Shown piece by piece: positions 14,201 to 27,361 of a stretch of DNA of 64,000 nucleotides. The stretch comes from Eledone cirrhosa (Eukaryota): assembly GCA_964016885.1 (NCBI GenBank), contig OZ024742.1, positions 237,646,001 to 237,710,000 of the forward strand, in the 5' to 3' direction. The notes under the pieces were generated by a model that searched no databases, was not told the origin of the DNA, and saw nothing but the letters and a program-made list of their open reading frames with translations. A program made the position numbers and the translations under genes. Numbering within the stretch: the first letter of the stretch is position 1; each line of letters starts with the position of its first letter.

Positions 14201-14538
14201 CACATTACTTCCAGTGGTTTAGTAGCCAAAATGCCACGCAGTGCGACTTAATGATGTGGCATTGCCAAATCATTAAGTCCCACTGCAAAAATATTAACTG
14301 TTTATAAAGAGAGTTGGTACAAATTCATTTGTTCATTTTATTTACAAATCTATTTCTTAAGTGTATTTCTAGTACATAGATGAAATATGTACTAGACTAT
14401 AGACAGAATGATCGATAAGAAGAAAAGTTGTTTAATTAAATTATATAATGCTTCAATCTTTATACTTATTATGTGTTTGTAGTGTTCATATAAGAAAGAA
14501 GTATGTTTTCTGACTACTAAACCACTGGAAGTAATGTG
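14201..14538. mobile_element. MITE with 25-bp terminal inverted repeats
   Basis: CACATTACTTCCAGTGGTTTAGTAG (14201-14225) / CTACTAAACCACTGGAAGTAATGTG (14514-14538); AT-rich interior with an internal hairpin at about 14238-14286. Confidence 0.75.
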
Positions 14539-17099
14539 TGTGTGTTAGATGCTGTACTAAAGAACAATCAGACCTGACAATCAAATAATGAAGCCGTTTA
14601 TTTGAATCGTAAATGTTTATTTGGCATTATTTAGTATGAAAAAACTAAGAATTAAAACTATGTATAAAACGATGTAAACACTATTTTAAGATGTTTTTTG
14701 CTCCTAAATATATCTTTTGTTTTGTTCGAATTAGATGGAAGGGTGGTAGTAGGTGGTATCAGTAATACAATTTTAAACGTGGTGAATTGTCAGAATCGTT
14801 AAAGCGTCGGATATAATTTCGAGCAAATCTGTATTTGTTCAGACTCTTCATGCTTTGAGTTCAAATCCCGCCAAGGTCGATTTTGCTTTTCATACTTCTG
14901 TACTAGTCAAGTACTAGGACCGATTACCTCTCCATTAAAAATTGCTGGCATTGTGCCTAAAGTAGAAACCAGTATTACAATTTAAAACAACTCGCGCAAA
15001 ATTACAAGAAAAATGACGCAAAACAAAAACTACATATTTGCGACAAAAATAATTGTTTCATATTTAGGCACAAGACCAGTCATTTGGAGAAAGACGCAAG
15101 TCGATTATATCGAGCTCTGTACTTGACTTATTCTTTATTTTATTGACCTCGGTAGGATGAAATTCTAAGTCAATTTCGTTGAGAGCTGAACTCAGGGCAT
15201 AGAGAGCCACAAAATGCCACAAAATATTATAGCCGACGCTCAAACGACTCTGCCATTTCTCTGACTTAAAAAAAAGTAACAGCAATGACAACAAAAACAA
15301 TATCAAAACATAACTCCGACAAAATTAATGGTTTCTAATTTAGACACAAGTCGACTGATACTTTATTTCATCGACCCTGGAAGGATGAAATGCAAAGTTG
15401 ACCTCGGCAGGATTTGAACTCAAAACGATTCCATCAATCCATTACACTTATAATAGTTTGAACTCAAATCCTGGCAAGGTCAACAAACATTTTCTTTCAT
15501 TCTTAATTTTTAGTATACCAATTTATATGTTAAAAAAGAAAAAAAGATCTATCAGCATCAATACCATTCTTGTATTTTGATCGATTATTAGCAAATCTGA
15601 CAACAAATTTCTGGAAAAAAGAAGTATATTTCAGCTTGTATCAAAACAGATTGCTAATCTCCGAAATTAGAATTTAATTTTCCATAATGATTATCAAAAT
15701 TGCTTAAAGCTTTAAAACAAAACAAAAATAGAAACGAGAATCAAAAACCTTATTGTTATTTTTCCCTTTTGTTTTTGATAGAATAAAGGATGATTAGTTG
15801 AAGAATAAAGGCTGATTAGATGAAGTTGTAGTTTCCTTTTTCAATCTATTGAAGAATTATTTCAAATAATTTTATATTTGAAATATCCATTTCCTGCTAA
15901 TTAATCAAAAGATCTAACCAAAATATCCTCGTCATGAACAATTTTGGCCAGACGAAAATGAAAACCGGAAATTTGTCAGTAGCCACGTGCCATCTTTTTA
16001 TTATTATTATTTTTTTTTTTTTTAAATACTACCCGAGACAGCATAAAAGAAAGAAAAAGGGTGTACTTACAAATACAAACTTTAATTTCCGTGTTGTATC
16101 GTAGCAAAAGATTTGTATATTTTATATATTTATATATGTATATGTTTATATTTTTCACTTGATATCGAAAACAGTCCCAGTTACAGAAACACAACTTTAG
16201 AATTCGAAGTAAACTTTTCTTTTATATCTTATTTTGAGCCCGATGAGGAAATGTTCTCGTTGTTCTAGCTTACGTCAAGGTCAGTCTGGATCGAGAAAAA
16301 CATCGATCAAAGACTTTCTAGTTGCAAACATCACGTCTGTCGTTAGATACAATATATCTTTCTTTCTTTTTCACGTTAAGTGTGTGGTAGTGAAATGATT
16401 ATTGGGGGCCACTTTATATAGCTTATTTTGAGGGAGAGTGAGAGAGCTGGAGATATTAACCAATCGCAATGCTTCAATGGTTCTTTACTTATTGACCGTG
16501 GACGGATGAAAGGCAAAGTTTACTGTGACGTGATTTGAATGTGGAGCGCGGAGAGTCGGAATAAATACCACAAAACATGATAGTCAATGCCCTAAGGATT
16601 CTTTCAATTCGCCGCCTGATATTACATATAGAACAACATGATACAATGTATTTTTTTTACTTTATATATTGATAAACATTCTGTGGCTTCAAGCTATAAC
16701 AGAAATACCAGTTTATGTAAAAACATATCTTATAAGTGCAGGCATAGTTGCCTTGGAACTTACTCTCACCGCAGTCGAAGTCAACAGGCTGTCATTTTGA
16801 CGGGAAATCGGTTGTGTTAAGAGTCTTTCTGATGGTCGTGCATGGCGACAAGAAAGCGGATGTAGTTTGTCCTCCATCTCATCCCATTGATTTCGGCGCT
16901 GAGCATTCAGTTTTTAAAGTGCCTACATTTATCTAAAAACCATCTATATAATAATCTTTAAGTTAGGTTCTTCCAAACACCAGCGTAATAATAAGAAAGT
17001 TGCCTTAAGTGTGCTCAAATATCGCTAACGCCAATGATACAACCCGGACAGCGTGGGAGAGCGCTCTTTGGCGTAAAGGAAAACATGTGCAGGCTGCTT

Positions 17100-17320
17100 C
17101 CTTGTCCCAGCGGTTAGAATGGAGAAAGCTTTGCCTCGGAGGATGCGAGAGACACACATTGGAATAGCCATTCCAATTCACAGGCTCACTCCTCTGGGTC
17201 ACCAATTCCACCCCAATATCACGAGTAGGGAGATGGTCAGGGGACCAAGAACGCCGGAAATCTCTACGGCTACAGGTTCAGCGAAAAACCTATCGCAGAG
17301 CGACCGATACTTCACCAAAT
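17100..17320 (-). pseudogene. Relic extreme C-terminus of a CRE-like RLE LINE
   Basis: KYRSLCDRFFAEPVAVEISGVLGPLTISLL...ILRGKAFSIL resembles KY..L....F.P..VET.G..GP...QRGNA.SIL. Confidence 0.65.
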
Positions 17321-18233
17321 GCACGGAGTTGTCGTTCAGCTCTTGAATTATTGTGTAGATGGTTGAATACCCCACAGATATGTGAACCCTTAACATAATT
17401 TCCAAACCGAATCAGTGTGACACAATATGTGACAAGGCTCGACCTTTGAGAAGAGAAGGAATTATAGGATAATGTAGTCCTAGAAACACATAAGAAGTTG
17501 GATGGTCATGGCTAGAAGACCTTGATCATAAGTCTGCTTGATGAGGGCTGACTATAACAGCGAAATCGCTCTCAAATCACACACCACTGTCTTGAAAAAT
17601 GAAGGATAAATTGGATAGTGTAATCCTGGATATCTCTAACAAGATGGGATGATCACGGCTTGAACGCCTTTGTTGATATATCTGCCCATTCTCGATTGAT
17701 CTGCAACGACTCATAATAGAGTATGACTCAGTAGTATGTAGCGTGTTTTTGCTAACGTTATTAAGTGCCTATGCAGACACAGAAACACTCATGATTTCAG
17801 TTCAACTAGAGATGCTAATCGATATCATTAGGACTCACAGAAATAATTATCTTATTGACACAAATATTGACACTCTCCTGGCATGTGCTGAAATTGATGA
17901 CATTTTCTGAGTATTTATTTTCTTTTAAAAATAATTAATTAATTAAAAAGAAAAACAAATAAATAAAGAATAATAAATAAATCATTATATGACAATATCG
18001 ATAAAGCATCCGATAAAAAGCGGTACGGTGTTTTCTTTACTATTCATTCTTCTTGGGTAAATAAGAATAGAGTAACAGTTAAATACTGGGATCGATATAA
18101 TCAACTCACATTTTTCCGAAAATTGCTGAACTTGAACCGAAGTTAGAAACAATTATGTTTTGTGTCGGCCTGGGTCGGTCCCAGTGTTGAGTGTTTCAGT
18201 TATTCGAACTACGGAACAGCCTACTCGTGAAAT

Positions 18234-18453
18234 TAATTTGTAAGTGGTTAACCATTTCCCATGTATACACTTAACGTAGTTTAGCGTGACGCATGGTAGA
18301 AATAGGGATCCGTAAGTTAAGTTCATCATTTTCTAGTATTTAATAATTTGTAAGTGGTTAACCATTTCCCATGTATACACTTAACGTAGTTTAGCGTGAC
18401 GCATGGTAGAAATAGGGATCCGTAAGTTAAGTTCATCATTTTCTAGTATTTAA
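18234..18453. repeat. Exact 110-bp tandem duplication
   Basis: TAATTTGTAAGTGGTTAACC...TCTAGTATTTAA at 18234-18343 and 18344-18453. Confidence 0.92.
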
Positions 18454-19000
18454 TAAAAGATTTAATATATTGTTTCCTATCCAGAAGTCAATAGGCAGTC
18501 GTCGATCAACAGGCTCAATTACGTGACCCAAGGTTGTTAAGAGTAAAGAGCCTTACAACGGTCGACATATTTACCGTTTAGTCATGACTCTTTTATGGGC
18601 CTCCGAAATTGTTAGGTTTGAGGGAGCAAGTGAGGGAGGACGGTACGTTCAAATTGATGACCTAATCCATGTGCTTGCAATAAAGTGAACAATGCCAAAG
18701 GAAGTGGCAGATGGTGGAGTTAAACCGATCGATGTGGAGTGAAACCATCCGAGTATTATAACTTCCGAAGGATCAGAGCTTCTTTCTACATTTGAGAAAC
18801 TCAGTCCCATCTGAACATGTATACACCCACACAGTACATGTACACACCCACACAGTATGGCATCTTGCTCAGACCACCTACACACTATCACATGTTACAC
18901 CTCCGCACACCACGACATTGCTCACACGTAATTTCCTATCATAAATATCTAACTTTCACGGCATGTGTTAAGTACTGTTTTCTTCCGTTTCTAAACTGAT

Positions 19001-19056
<56 letters not shown>

Positions 19057-19294
19057 TTCTTTCTCCTTCTCCCTCTTACCCTTTCTCTCTCTCACACATA
19101 CATACACACGCACGAAGTAAGATTATGCTGATGTTATTTATTATAGTTAAGCTCAACACAGTAACTTAATGAACCAATTGTAAATTATATAGTGCTACAG
19201 ATGCTTTGAGCGAATATATGTTCATATGTTCATAACCATATCTCCAGTGGTATCTATCTAACTACATTATGTATATGTATATCTATCTACACTG

Positions 19295-19365
<71 letters not shown>

Positions 19366-19877
19366 CATACATATATTTATACATCTATATGCACACACAC
19401 ATGTATATATATATATATGGGGTGGTGTATGTATATGTATATGTATAATAATCCATAGCACACGTGAATAAATATATACTATATCAGAATATACTTTTAG
19501 CCATCTTGGTATCCTTTGCTCACCCAGAGAACATAGAGATCTACAAACGGAGTGTCTCGATTAAATCTAATTGGGTCTCATTCAACTAAAGTGTAGTCAT
19601 AAACACACACAAGTTCTCGGTTAGCTGTTTTCTACATAATTGAATAATCGTAATACTAACCTAGTTTCTGGTGTCGTTTTGATAATAATTAGCGTTGGAG
19701 GGAGAAATAAGTAACACACGCATACACAAAATACACACACATACTGACACGTGAATTGATTATATGATTAAATGTATACGGTAAACAGACTGGTTGTGTG
19801 CCTAAGATGATCACTTTACAACCATATGGATTCATGTTCGATTTCTGGATGCAGCATATTGGGTAGGATGACCAACA

Positions 19878-19903
19878 TTCTTCTTCTTCTTCTTCTTCTT
19901 CTT

Positions 19904-19934
<31 letters not shown>

Positions 19935-19957
19935 TTCTTATTCTTCTTCTTCTTCTT
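19878..19957. repeat. (TTC)n microsatellite
   Basis: Direct reading. Confidence 0.97.
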
Positions 19958-20675
19958 GTGAGGGTCGTGGGAGCAGAGTCTTCTGCACATTAGCAGACTG
20001 CCTGATCAGGCAGTCTGCTAATATGCAAATCCGGCCGAACAGTCACAGTATGTTCCAGAAAACATCATATATTTACATTTCTTGTATTCAACCATGTAAA
20101 GCGATAAAACTATTTGTTACTTATTTGACTATGGCAAAGCCGGCCATTAATCGCTCGTATACATAAAACTGACGGGCCTATCTGCTAATATGCAAATCTA
20201 GTTGATCATGGCTGATCAGGCTGATCAGGCAGTCTGCTAATATGCAAATCGGGCCGATCAGTCACTGTATGTTCCAGAAGATATATTTTCACTAGCTCTG
20301 ACAGTTGGCAAGTAAACAGTATACGGTAGTGATGAAGAGTAATAACCCAGAAACATTAGTGTTTGCCGTTCTGTTTATATGCCAACACAAGAGCAAGAAA
20401 GACGGGTCCATTCTACTGACATGTCTTAAAGAGGGTCGATAAAATAAAGTACCAGTAATACACTGGGTAATTGCTGGCCTTGTGCCAAAAGTAGAAACAA
20501 TTATTAATATTCCAAAAATTCAAATTTACATTTGCTATATATATATATATATATATATATGTCTTTGCCGAAAATAGGTAAGTCACATAGTCACTACTTT
20601 AAAACTGATAGCGAATGGTCTTCTAAATGTTTTTAATTAAACGTACGGTATATTGCCAAAGATACTATACATACA

Positions 20676-20730
<55 letters not shown>

Positions 20731-20731
<1 letters not shown>

Positions 20732-21835
20732 AATAAAATTAGTCCTTCATCAGTGATCTTCCAACCTTCATTGGTATTTCTTCGCTTTAAAGATCATATA
20801 CGTCTGGTTGGTGCGAGCAATAACTAAAGAAAGTTATTAGGACACGTAAAATAAGGTGAAGCGAGCGAGGCATGTAAACAAACATAGATGGTAATGCAAC
20901 GGAAAGAGAGGAAGAGAAGAGACAAGTCCGTGATATCTATGAACTTAAGTTCTGTGAAATCATAGACGAGAGATAATGACCATCCGACCTGGGTGAGATG
21001 TGAGCGAGAAAAGGATTTCACGCAGGTCAAACGGGAGGAAGTGAGAGGAGGGGGAGTAGCAGAGAGTGAATGAGTGAAAGTGTGAGGAAGAGGCCAGCTG
21101 AGAGAGAGCGACTGGCTATACCTCTGGTTGGTGCGAGCAATAACTAAAAAAAAGTTATTGGGACACGTAAATTAGGGTGAAGCGAGCGAGACATGTCCCA
21201 ATAACTTTCTTTAGTTATTGCTCGCACCAACCAGAGGTATATGACCTTTAAAGCGAAGAAATACCAATGAAGGTTGGAAGATCACTGATGAAGGACTAAT
21301 TTTATTCATATGTAACGCCATTTTTCATATATTTATATTTTTTCCTCCGGTGTGACCTGTCTGTTTCTTTCTTACTGCTTCCCCTTTCTCTGTATCTCTC
21401 ACCCTCTTTTTACCCCCTCTGCCAGTCTCTCTCTCAACTGGCCTCTTCCTCACACTTTCACTCACTCACTCTCTGCTACTCCCCCTCTCTCACTTCCTCC
21501 CGTGAAATCCTTTTCTCGCTCACATTTCACACAGGTCGGATGGTCTTTATCTCTCGTCTATGATTTCACAGAACTTAAGTTCATAGATATCACGGACTTG
21601 TCTCTTCTCTTCCTCTCTTTCCGTTGCATTACCATCTATGTTTGTTTACATGTCTCGCTCGCTTCACCCAATTTTACGTGTCCCAATAACTTTCTTTAGT
21701 TATTGCTCGCACCAACCAGAGGTATATGATCATTAAAGCGAAGAAATACCAATGAAGGTTGGAAGATCACTGATGAAGGACTAATTTTATTCATATGTAA
21801 CACATTTTCAACCACGAACCACGCCATTTTTCCTA
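20731..21835. mobile_element. Non-coding element of about 500-bp unit length in inverted plus partial tandem arrangement, flanked by (TA)n; same family as 53869-54440 and 63431-63800
   Basis: Minus copy 20731-21116, short minus repeat 21117-21195, then plus-strand partial tandem 21194-21835 ending GGAAGATCACTGATGAAGGACTAATTTTATTCATATGTAAC...(TA)n. Confidence 0.8.
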
Positions 21836-22424
21836 TATATATATATATATATATAATCTGTTCTTTTATACGTGTGGGTCAAGAAAAATGTTTGACTGTC
21901 GCACTGTTGAACATATGTAATATATTTGTTGCATAAATTTTAATAACAGGGTGGTTGTTATTGAGCGAATGAAACAGACATTAGAGACAAGACCACTAGG
22001 ACTTAACAAGTAATGTTACGTAAATTTATATTACTTCATCGATACATCATTACAGCACCTGACTACCTATTATGAGTGTTGTCTATCGATTTGCAACAAA
22101 ACAAAATCACTTTAGTTGATGCAAGGTTTTAGCGTGTATCTATGTGGTTAAAGAGGTCGCTTCGCACAAAACCAATCCCGGATTCGATGCCACTGCTGAA
22201 CTTTTGGGGGCAATTCCTTTAGGTTGACCCAAACCCTTCCTATCATTTTCTAACGAATATCTAGCTGTAAAAGCAATATAGATGACACAAGCATGGCTGA
22301 ATAGCATTCGTTTCACAATGATAAAATCCTGTGTTCGATCCCACTGTTTTATTTTATCTTGTGTCCACTACTAAAACTTGGTGTTGAGCGAAGCCTTGTG
22401 TAACGATTTTTAATGAATTTACTG

Positions 22425-22745
22425 TTGGTGTGGTTGAATGGTTCTGACATTTGCAATGTAATGAGATACCGGGTTCGATCCTACTGCGTGACATCTTCTG
22501 CAATTGCCTTTTTCTATAGCTTTGGACTGACCAATGCTTTGTGAATGAATTTAGGTAGACGAAAACTTCGTGAAATTCCGTCGGATGGATTGTACTATAT
22601 TTGTAATTTAAAGCCCCAGCCTTGTTATATATCTTGTCGCGCTGATTCCGCTTGTGGAATTACGTGAAGGGAACAAGCGGGTATGCATGGAATATCCGTA
22701 TATAAGTTAACTTAACGAATCAGATGGTAAATTAATCGAACAACT
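22425..22745 (+). mobile_element. Older tRNA-derived SINE (family 2); further decayed copies near 6540-6700, 12830-12990, 22140-22400, 23740-24330, 32030-32150 and 47310-47480
   Basis: B-box GGGTTCGATCCTACTGCGTGACATC followed by GGACTGACCAATGCTTTGTGAATGAATTTAGGTAGACGAAAAC, shared among dispersed copies. Confidence 0.7.
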
Positions 22746-23050
22746 TCGACTGAAGGAGCCAACATATATGTACCGCTTTCGTCGATGTATATCGGTGAGA
22801 AAATCGAGAAAAAATGGTGCTCAAAACCCATGGGATACAAATATTTACTGACACTGCTCTGTCACTCTCACCGCCAGAATTGCAGTGGACCAGTTATTAG
22901 AAGGAAAATAGATGGTCCCTTCGGTCATCACTGATCATAGGTTATGTACCCACGACTGAGCATGTAATTTAGTAATATTATGTTTCATTATTAACTCTTT
23001 CCTCCCTAACCCTTGTGGTTAATAAAGAAATCATTATTAACTCTTTCCTT

Positions 23051-23232
23051 GGTGAATTGGCAGTATCGGTAGAGGGTCGGACATGCTTTCCAGCATAGTT
23101 ACGTCCCCTTACGATCTGAGTTCAAATCCTGCCGAGGTTAACTTTGCCTTTCATCCTTACGGGGTCGATAAAATAAAGTACCAGTAATGTACTGGGTAAT
23201 TGCTGGCCTTGTGCCAAATGTAGAAACAATTA
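23051..23232 (+). mobile_element. SINE family 1
   Basis: TGGCAGTATCGG A-box, GAGTTCAAATCC B-box, conserved core and tail. Confidence 0.9.
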
Positions 23233-24454
23233 TAGTACCAAAAGTTAGAAACAATTATTAACTCTTTCCTTGCCATATTTCGAATGAAAGTCACCACCAA
23301 TAATTTTTAAAATAATTAAGAATCTGGAGGAATTTAGTAATGTAAGTTTTTTTTTTTTCATTAACAAACGAGTCGTGATGTGGATAACTGGTAACCTCTC
23401 CTCTCTACGTCAACAATGTTATCCAAGGGAAAGGCAAAGGCCGATACAGCTTCGAACCAGTGTTGTAGTAATTCGTATATTCAATTTATATATACAACAC
23501 ATACTCTATCAGATGTTGCTCGGGAGAAAGGCAATGTCTTATACAGCTAAGTAATTGTGTTGCCGTAAGTCATTTTTCCAGTTGAGTGGACTGAAAAAAC
23601 GTGAAATAAAGTGTCATGCACAATACGTCGTCCAGTCTGGAAATCGAACTCGTGAACTTAGCATCGCACGCCCAGTACTATATCCACTGTGTCACGCACT
23701 TTCACAAATATTTGGTCAGAAGTGAGACCAACAAATTGCGGTATATTAACAAGTGTTTAGTGGGCACGTGTCTTTTACCATAGCCTCGAATCAACCCATG
23801 GCTTGCGAGTGAAATTGAGGAGACGGGAAGCGCACAAAGCCGTCGGTTGAGCTGTACTCCGCATGAAATTCAAAGGTCCAGTCATGTCATACATTGTGTG
23901 AGGCTAAATTGGCTTGGGAAATAGGTTAAGGGTACACGTTTCTGTGAAATACTCAACCACTTCAAAGGCCAGTTCTTTTACACACTGCATCACGCTGAAT
24001 CTCCCTGAAAATGACGTTACGGGTAAGGGATAGACCTCTGTCAGTTTAGACGATGAGAGTTCCAGTTGTTCAATCAACGGAATTAGACTGTAAGTGGCTG
24101 AGGATTCCACAAACATTTGTACCCTTAATGCAATTCTCAGGAGGATTCAGCATGAGACAGTGTGTGACAAGACTGTTTCTTTGAATTATAGGTACAATCC
24201 ATCCAATTACATTCAAATGTGTGGGTCAACCCGAGGCTGTCGTAAATGACACTCGCCCAGGATGGCACATCGTGGGATCAAATCTTGGACCTAATGATTG
24301 TGAAGCGAACTTTTTAACTATTCTGCCATGCTACGGTTACAACGTTACGGGTTCAAGTGATTGTGGAATGTTCAGCCTCTTGCACGAACAACTGAATATC
24401 AACGAAGTTGATGAAGGTCCATCATTATTATCCTCATCAGATGACTATATAAAA

Positions 24455-24775
24455 TAATTGTTTCTACTTTTGGCACAAGGCCAGCAAATAACCAGTGTAT
24501 TACTGGTACTTTATTTTATCGACCCCGTAAGGATGAAAGGCAAAGTTAAGCTCGGCGGGATTTGAACTCAGAATGGCAAGGGCCGTAACTCTATGCGTCT
24601 AAGCATGGCGTCCGACCTACCGATACTGCCAATCCAAAATAATTGTTTCTACGTTAGGCACAAGGCCAGCAATTACCCAGTGTATTACTGGTACTTTATT
24701 TTATCGACCCCGTAAGGATGAAAGGCAAAGTTAACCTTGGCGGGATTTGATCTCAGAATGGCACTGCCAATCCAA
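24455..24775 (-). mobile_element. Two tandem SINE family 1 copies (second internally deleted)
   Basis: Reverse complement of the family consensus at 24455-24635 and 24639-24775. Confidence 0.88.
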
Positions 24776-25363
24776 AATAATGAAATTGGAATATCTCTGT
24801 GATTGTTTCTTTCTGAATAACAGAGAAATTAAGTATAGTAAGGCATATGTGTTTGTGTTATGTTATCCCAATGGTCAATTCAGTAATTAGATATATCGGC
24901 TGATGGTGGTTGCATGGTATTTTTTTCTATAATTATGTTAACGCTACAACAGTTGTCACGTAGCAAACATTTCCTTCTGCAAATGGAATTTTATGTCCGT
25001 CTGAGACTGGAGATTCTTCCGCAAGTGTATAATTTCCTGACTACATTTGTGATAAGAAATTTTTTATACCACATTTCTAAGGAAAAATACTGCCTAGTAT
25101 TTTCAAATCATTTTGAAAATAATCAAGTTTGTGGGGATATAGTAACGACTTCGTTATTAACCCTTTTCCGACCGTATTTGTTATGGAAAAATTTCTTATG
25201 ATTTTCAAATAAGTTTAAAAACTAATCCAGAATTTAGAGGGATTTAGTAATATAACTAACCACTACATTATTAAAATTGTCTGGAAAATAACAGCGAATT
25301 GGCAGAATAAATACTTCAGTTTTGTTTCGGTTGATCACGCCCTGTCAATTATCCTAATGTTCT

Positions 25364-25423
<60 letters not shown>

Positions 25424-25450
25424 TGTGTGTATACATATATATATATATAT

Positions 25451-25607
25451 GAAAAGATCGGGACCCCGACGGCTAAGCTACGGCTGTTGGAACGGCCGAA
25501 GCTCACCCAAGGGGTTCCAGAATTTTTCATATTACCCACTCTACTACCCCAAGAATCGAGTACTCTGGTAAGTAATGGTCTAACTGGTTTTTTCCGCCTC
25601 CATTCTG
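25451..25607 (+). mobile_element. Hairpin-plus-tail miniature element, copy C (diverged) in (TA)n
   Basis: GAAAAGATCGGGACCCCGACGGCTAAGC...GGGGTTCCAGAATTTTTC hairpin plus tail ATTACCCACTCTACTACC...GAGTACTCTGGT matching copies A and B. Confidence 0.75.
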
Positions 25608-27086
25608 ATATATATATATATTGTTACTCTAGCAATATCCCTCCGTGTATGCGGAATCATAGATGTAGTTTTAAGGACATAATGGTTTCTGATTAAGGCG
25701 CAAGGCCAACAATTTTTGAGCGAGGGCAATTTCTATTAAATCGACACCAGTGCGTTACTGGTACTTTATTTTATTGATTCTGTAAGGATGAAAGACAAAG
25801 CTAACCTAGTATATATATATGTGTGTGTGTGAGAGAAAAAAATCAACAAGGATAAAACTAGAGAACAGTAAAATATAATGATGATACGTATTAATTTATC
25901 GCTTAATATAGTAGGAAAAAAGTCTTAACGTTTTTGACGTTAGTCTTTCATCGGAAGGCACAATAAGTGTAAGAAAATAAAAGAAAATTGAGAAAAACTC
26001 GTGTGGAGTTAGTCACCTATTTTTGATAAGTATGTATGTATATGTGCCTGTGTATCTGTCTGTGTCTATGTTTACATCTATGTATTTTTTGTGTGTACCT
26101 AACTAAGCTTTTCGACAAAAAAGAAATTGAGAATATAAACAACAGTCTTGAGATAATATGTACGGAGTTCGATATGTTTAAGTAAAATCCCGTCAACATG
26201 GTGCTCCGGCATGGTCGCAGTTTATTAACTGAAACCAGTAAAATATTAAAAGAACCTCCTTATGCCACACACTATTTTTATCAAATTTGAACTTTCTAAA
26301 CACTGGTAAAGCATGTACGATTTGCTGGCTATTGACTGTGTCAACATTTGATTATGAAAACTAACAAATAGAATGTTTTTTTATTCATTTTCCCATGGAA
26401 TAGTCTTCTTGTGATAGTGACCCTTAAATCTAGATGGATTCATGAGGGCACCGTCATGATAGCCGTCAAACCTCCAATTTTTCATTCATCCATTCATAGA
26501 CACTAAATACTTATTGGAGTTAGAAGGGTACTTAAACCTGGCAGAGAACATTCCTCGGCTGGTTTAAACGCAACCGATTTCTCCCAGAGAATCTAAGGAA
26601 GAGAGAGAGGTGGAATGGGTGGAAAATTGACCTCAGTACTGGTACGAAAAGCAAAGGGTACTTAACATTTGATGGAGCCGTAGGGGCGCCTTAGTAATAT
26701 AGTCACATTATAGCCATGGAATAACCTAAAATCAGTCATTCATTCATTCATTCAGGGGCTCTGGATACCTGATGGAGTCCTAGGGGCACCTTCATGAAAT
26801 ACATCGTGTCTTGGGCATTTAAACATAGGGAAGTCTCCCAGTGAGTACACGGCCGATTTCTTCCAAAGATACTGAAAAAAAAGCGCAATAAAGAGAAGGA
26901 GAAAGAGATATGGAGAAAGAATCGATTTTAGTACTGGAAGGAAAAGGAAAGGACGTTTATCTTCTGCTGGAGTCGTAGGGGCGCCTCTTGACACACGGCG
27001 TGTTTTATGCATTTAGTGCATCCCGCAGCAGACTGGAATAGAGCCGGTCTTCTAGCGTAGGTGTGTGTGTGTGAGAGAGAGAAAGC

Positions 27087-27144
<58 letters not shown>

Positions 27145-27150
<6 letters not shown>

Positions 27151-27361
27151 CGAGGATGTAAGGACAAAACGAGAGAGAGAGAGAGAAGCGGGGATGTAAG
27201 GACAAAGGGAGAAAGAGAGAGAGAGAGAAGCGGGGGATGTAAGGACAAAGGGAGTGAGAGAGAGAGAGAAGCGGGATGTAAGGACAAAGGGAGAGAGAGA
27301 GAAGCGGGGGTGTAAGGACAAAAGGAGAGAGAGAGAGAGAAGCGGGGGTGTAAGGACAAAG
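27145..27361. repeat. Minisatellite: six AAGCGGG(GG)(A/G)TGTAAGGACAAA units separated by variable (GA)n
   Basis: Direct reading inside a (GA)n tract. Confidence 0.9.

Noticed and set aside
21280-21320. CTGATGA in the 500-bp family tail as a hammerhead
   Set aside because: No downstream GAAA or stem II in any copy; a type II arrangement with the upstream GAAA does not pair convincingly.
23051-23135. tRNA genes at A-box/B-box motifs
   Set aside because: No cloverleaf; they are heads of multicopy SINEs.
27145-27361. CRISPR-like repeat-spacer array
   Set aside because: The spacers are just (GA)n, the context is eukaryotic, and there are no cas genes.
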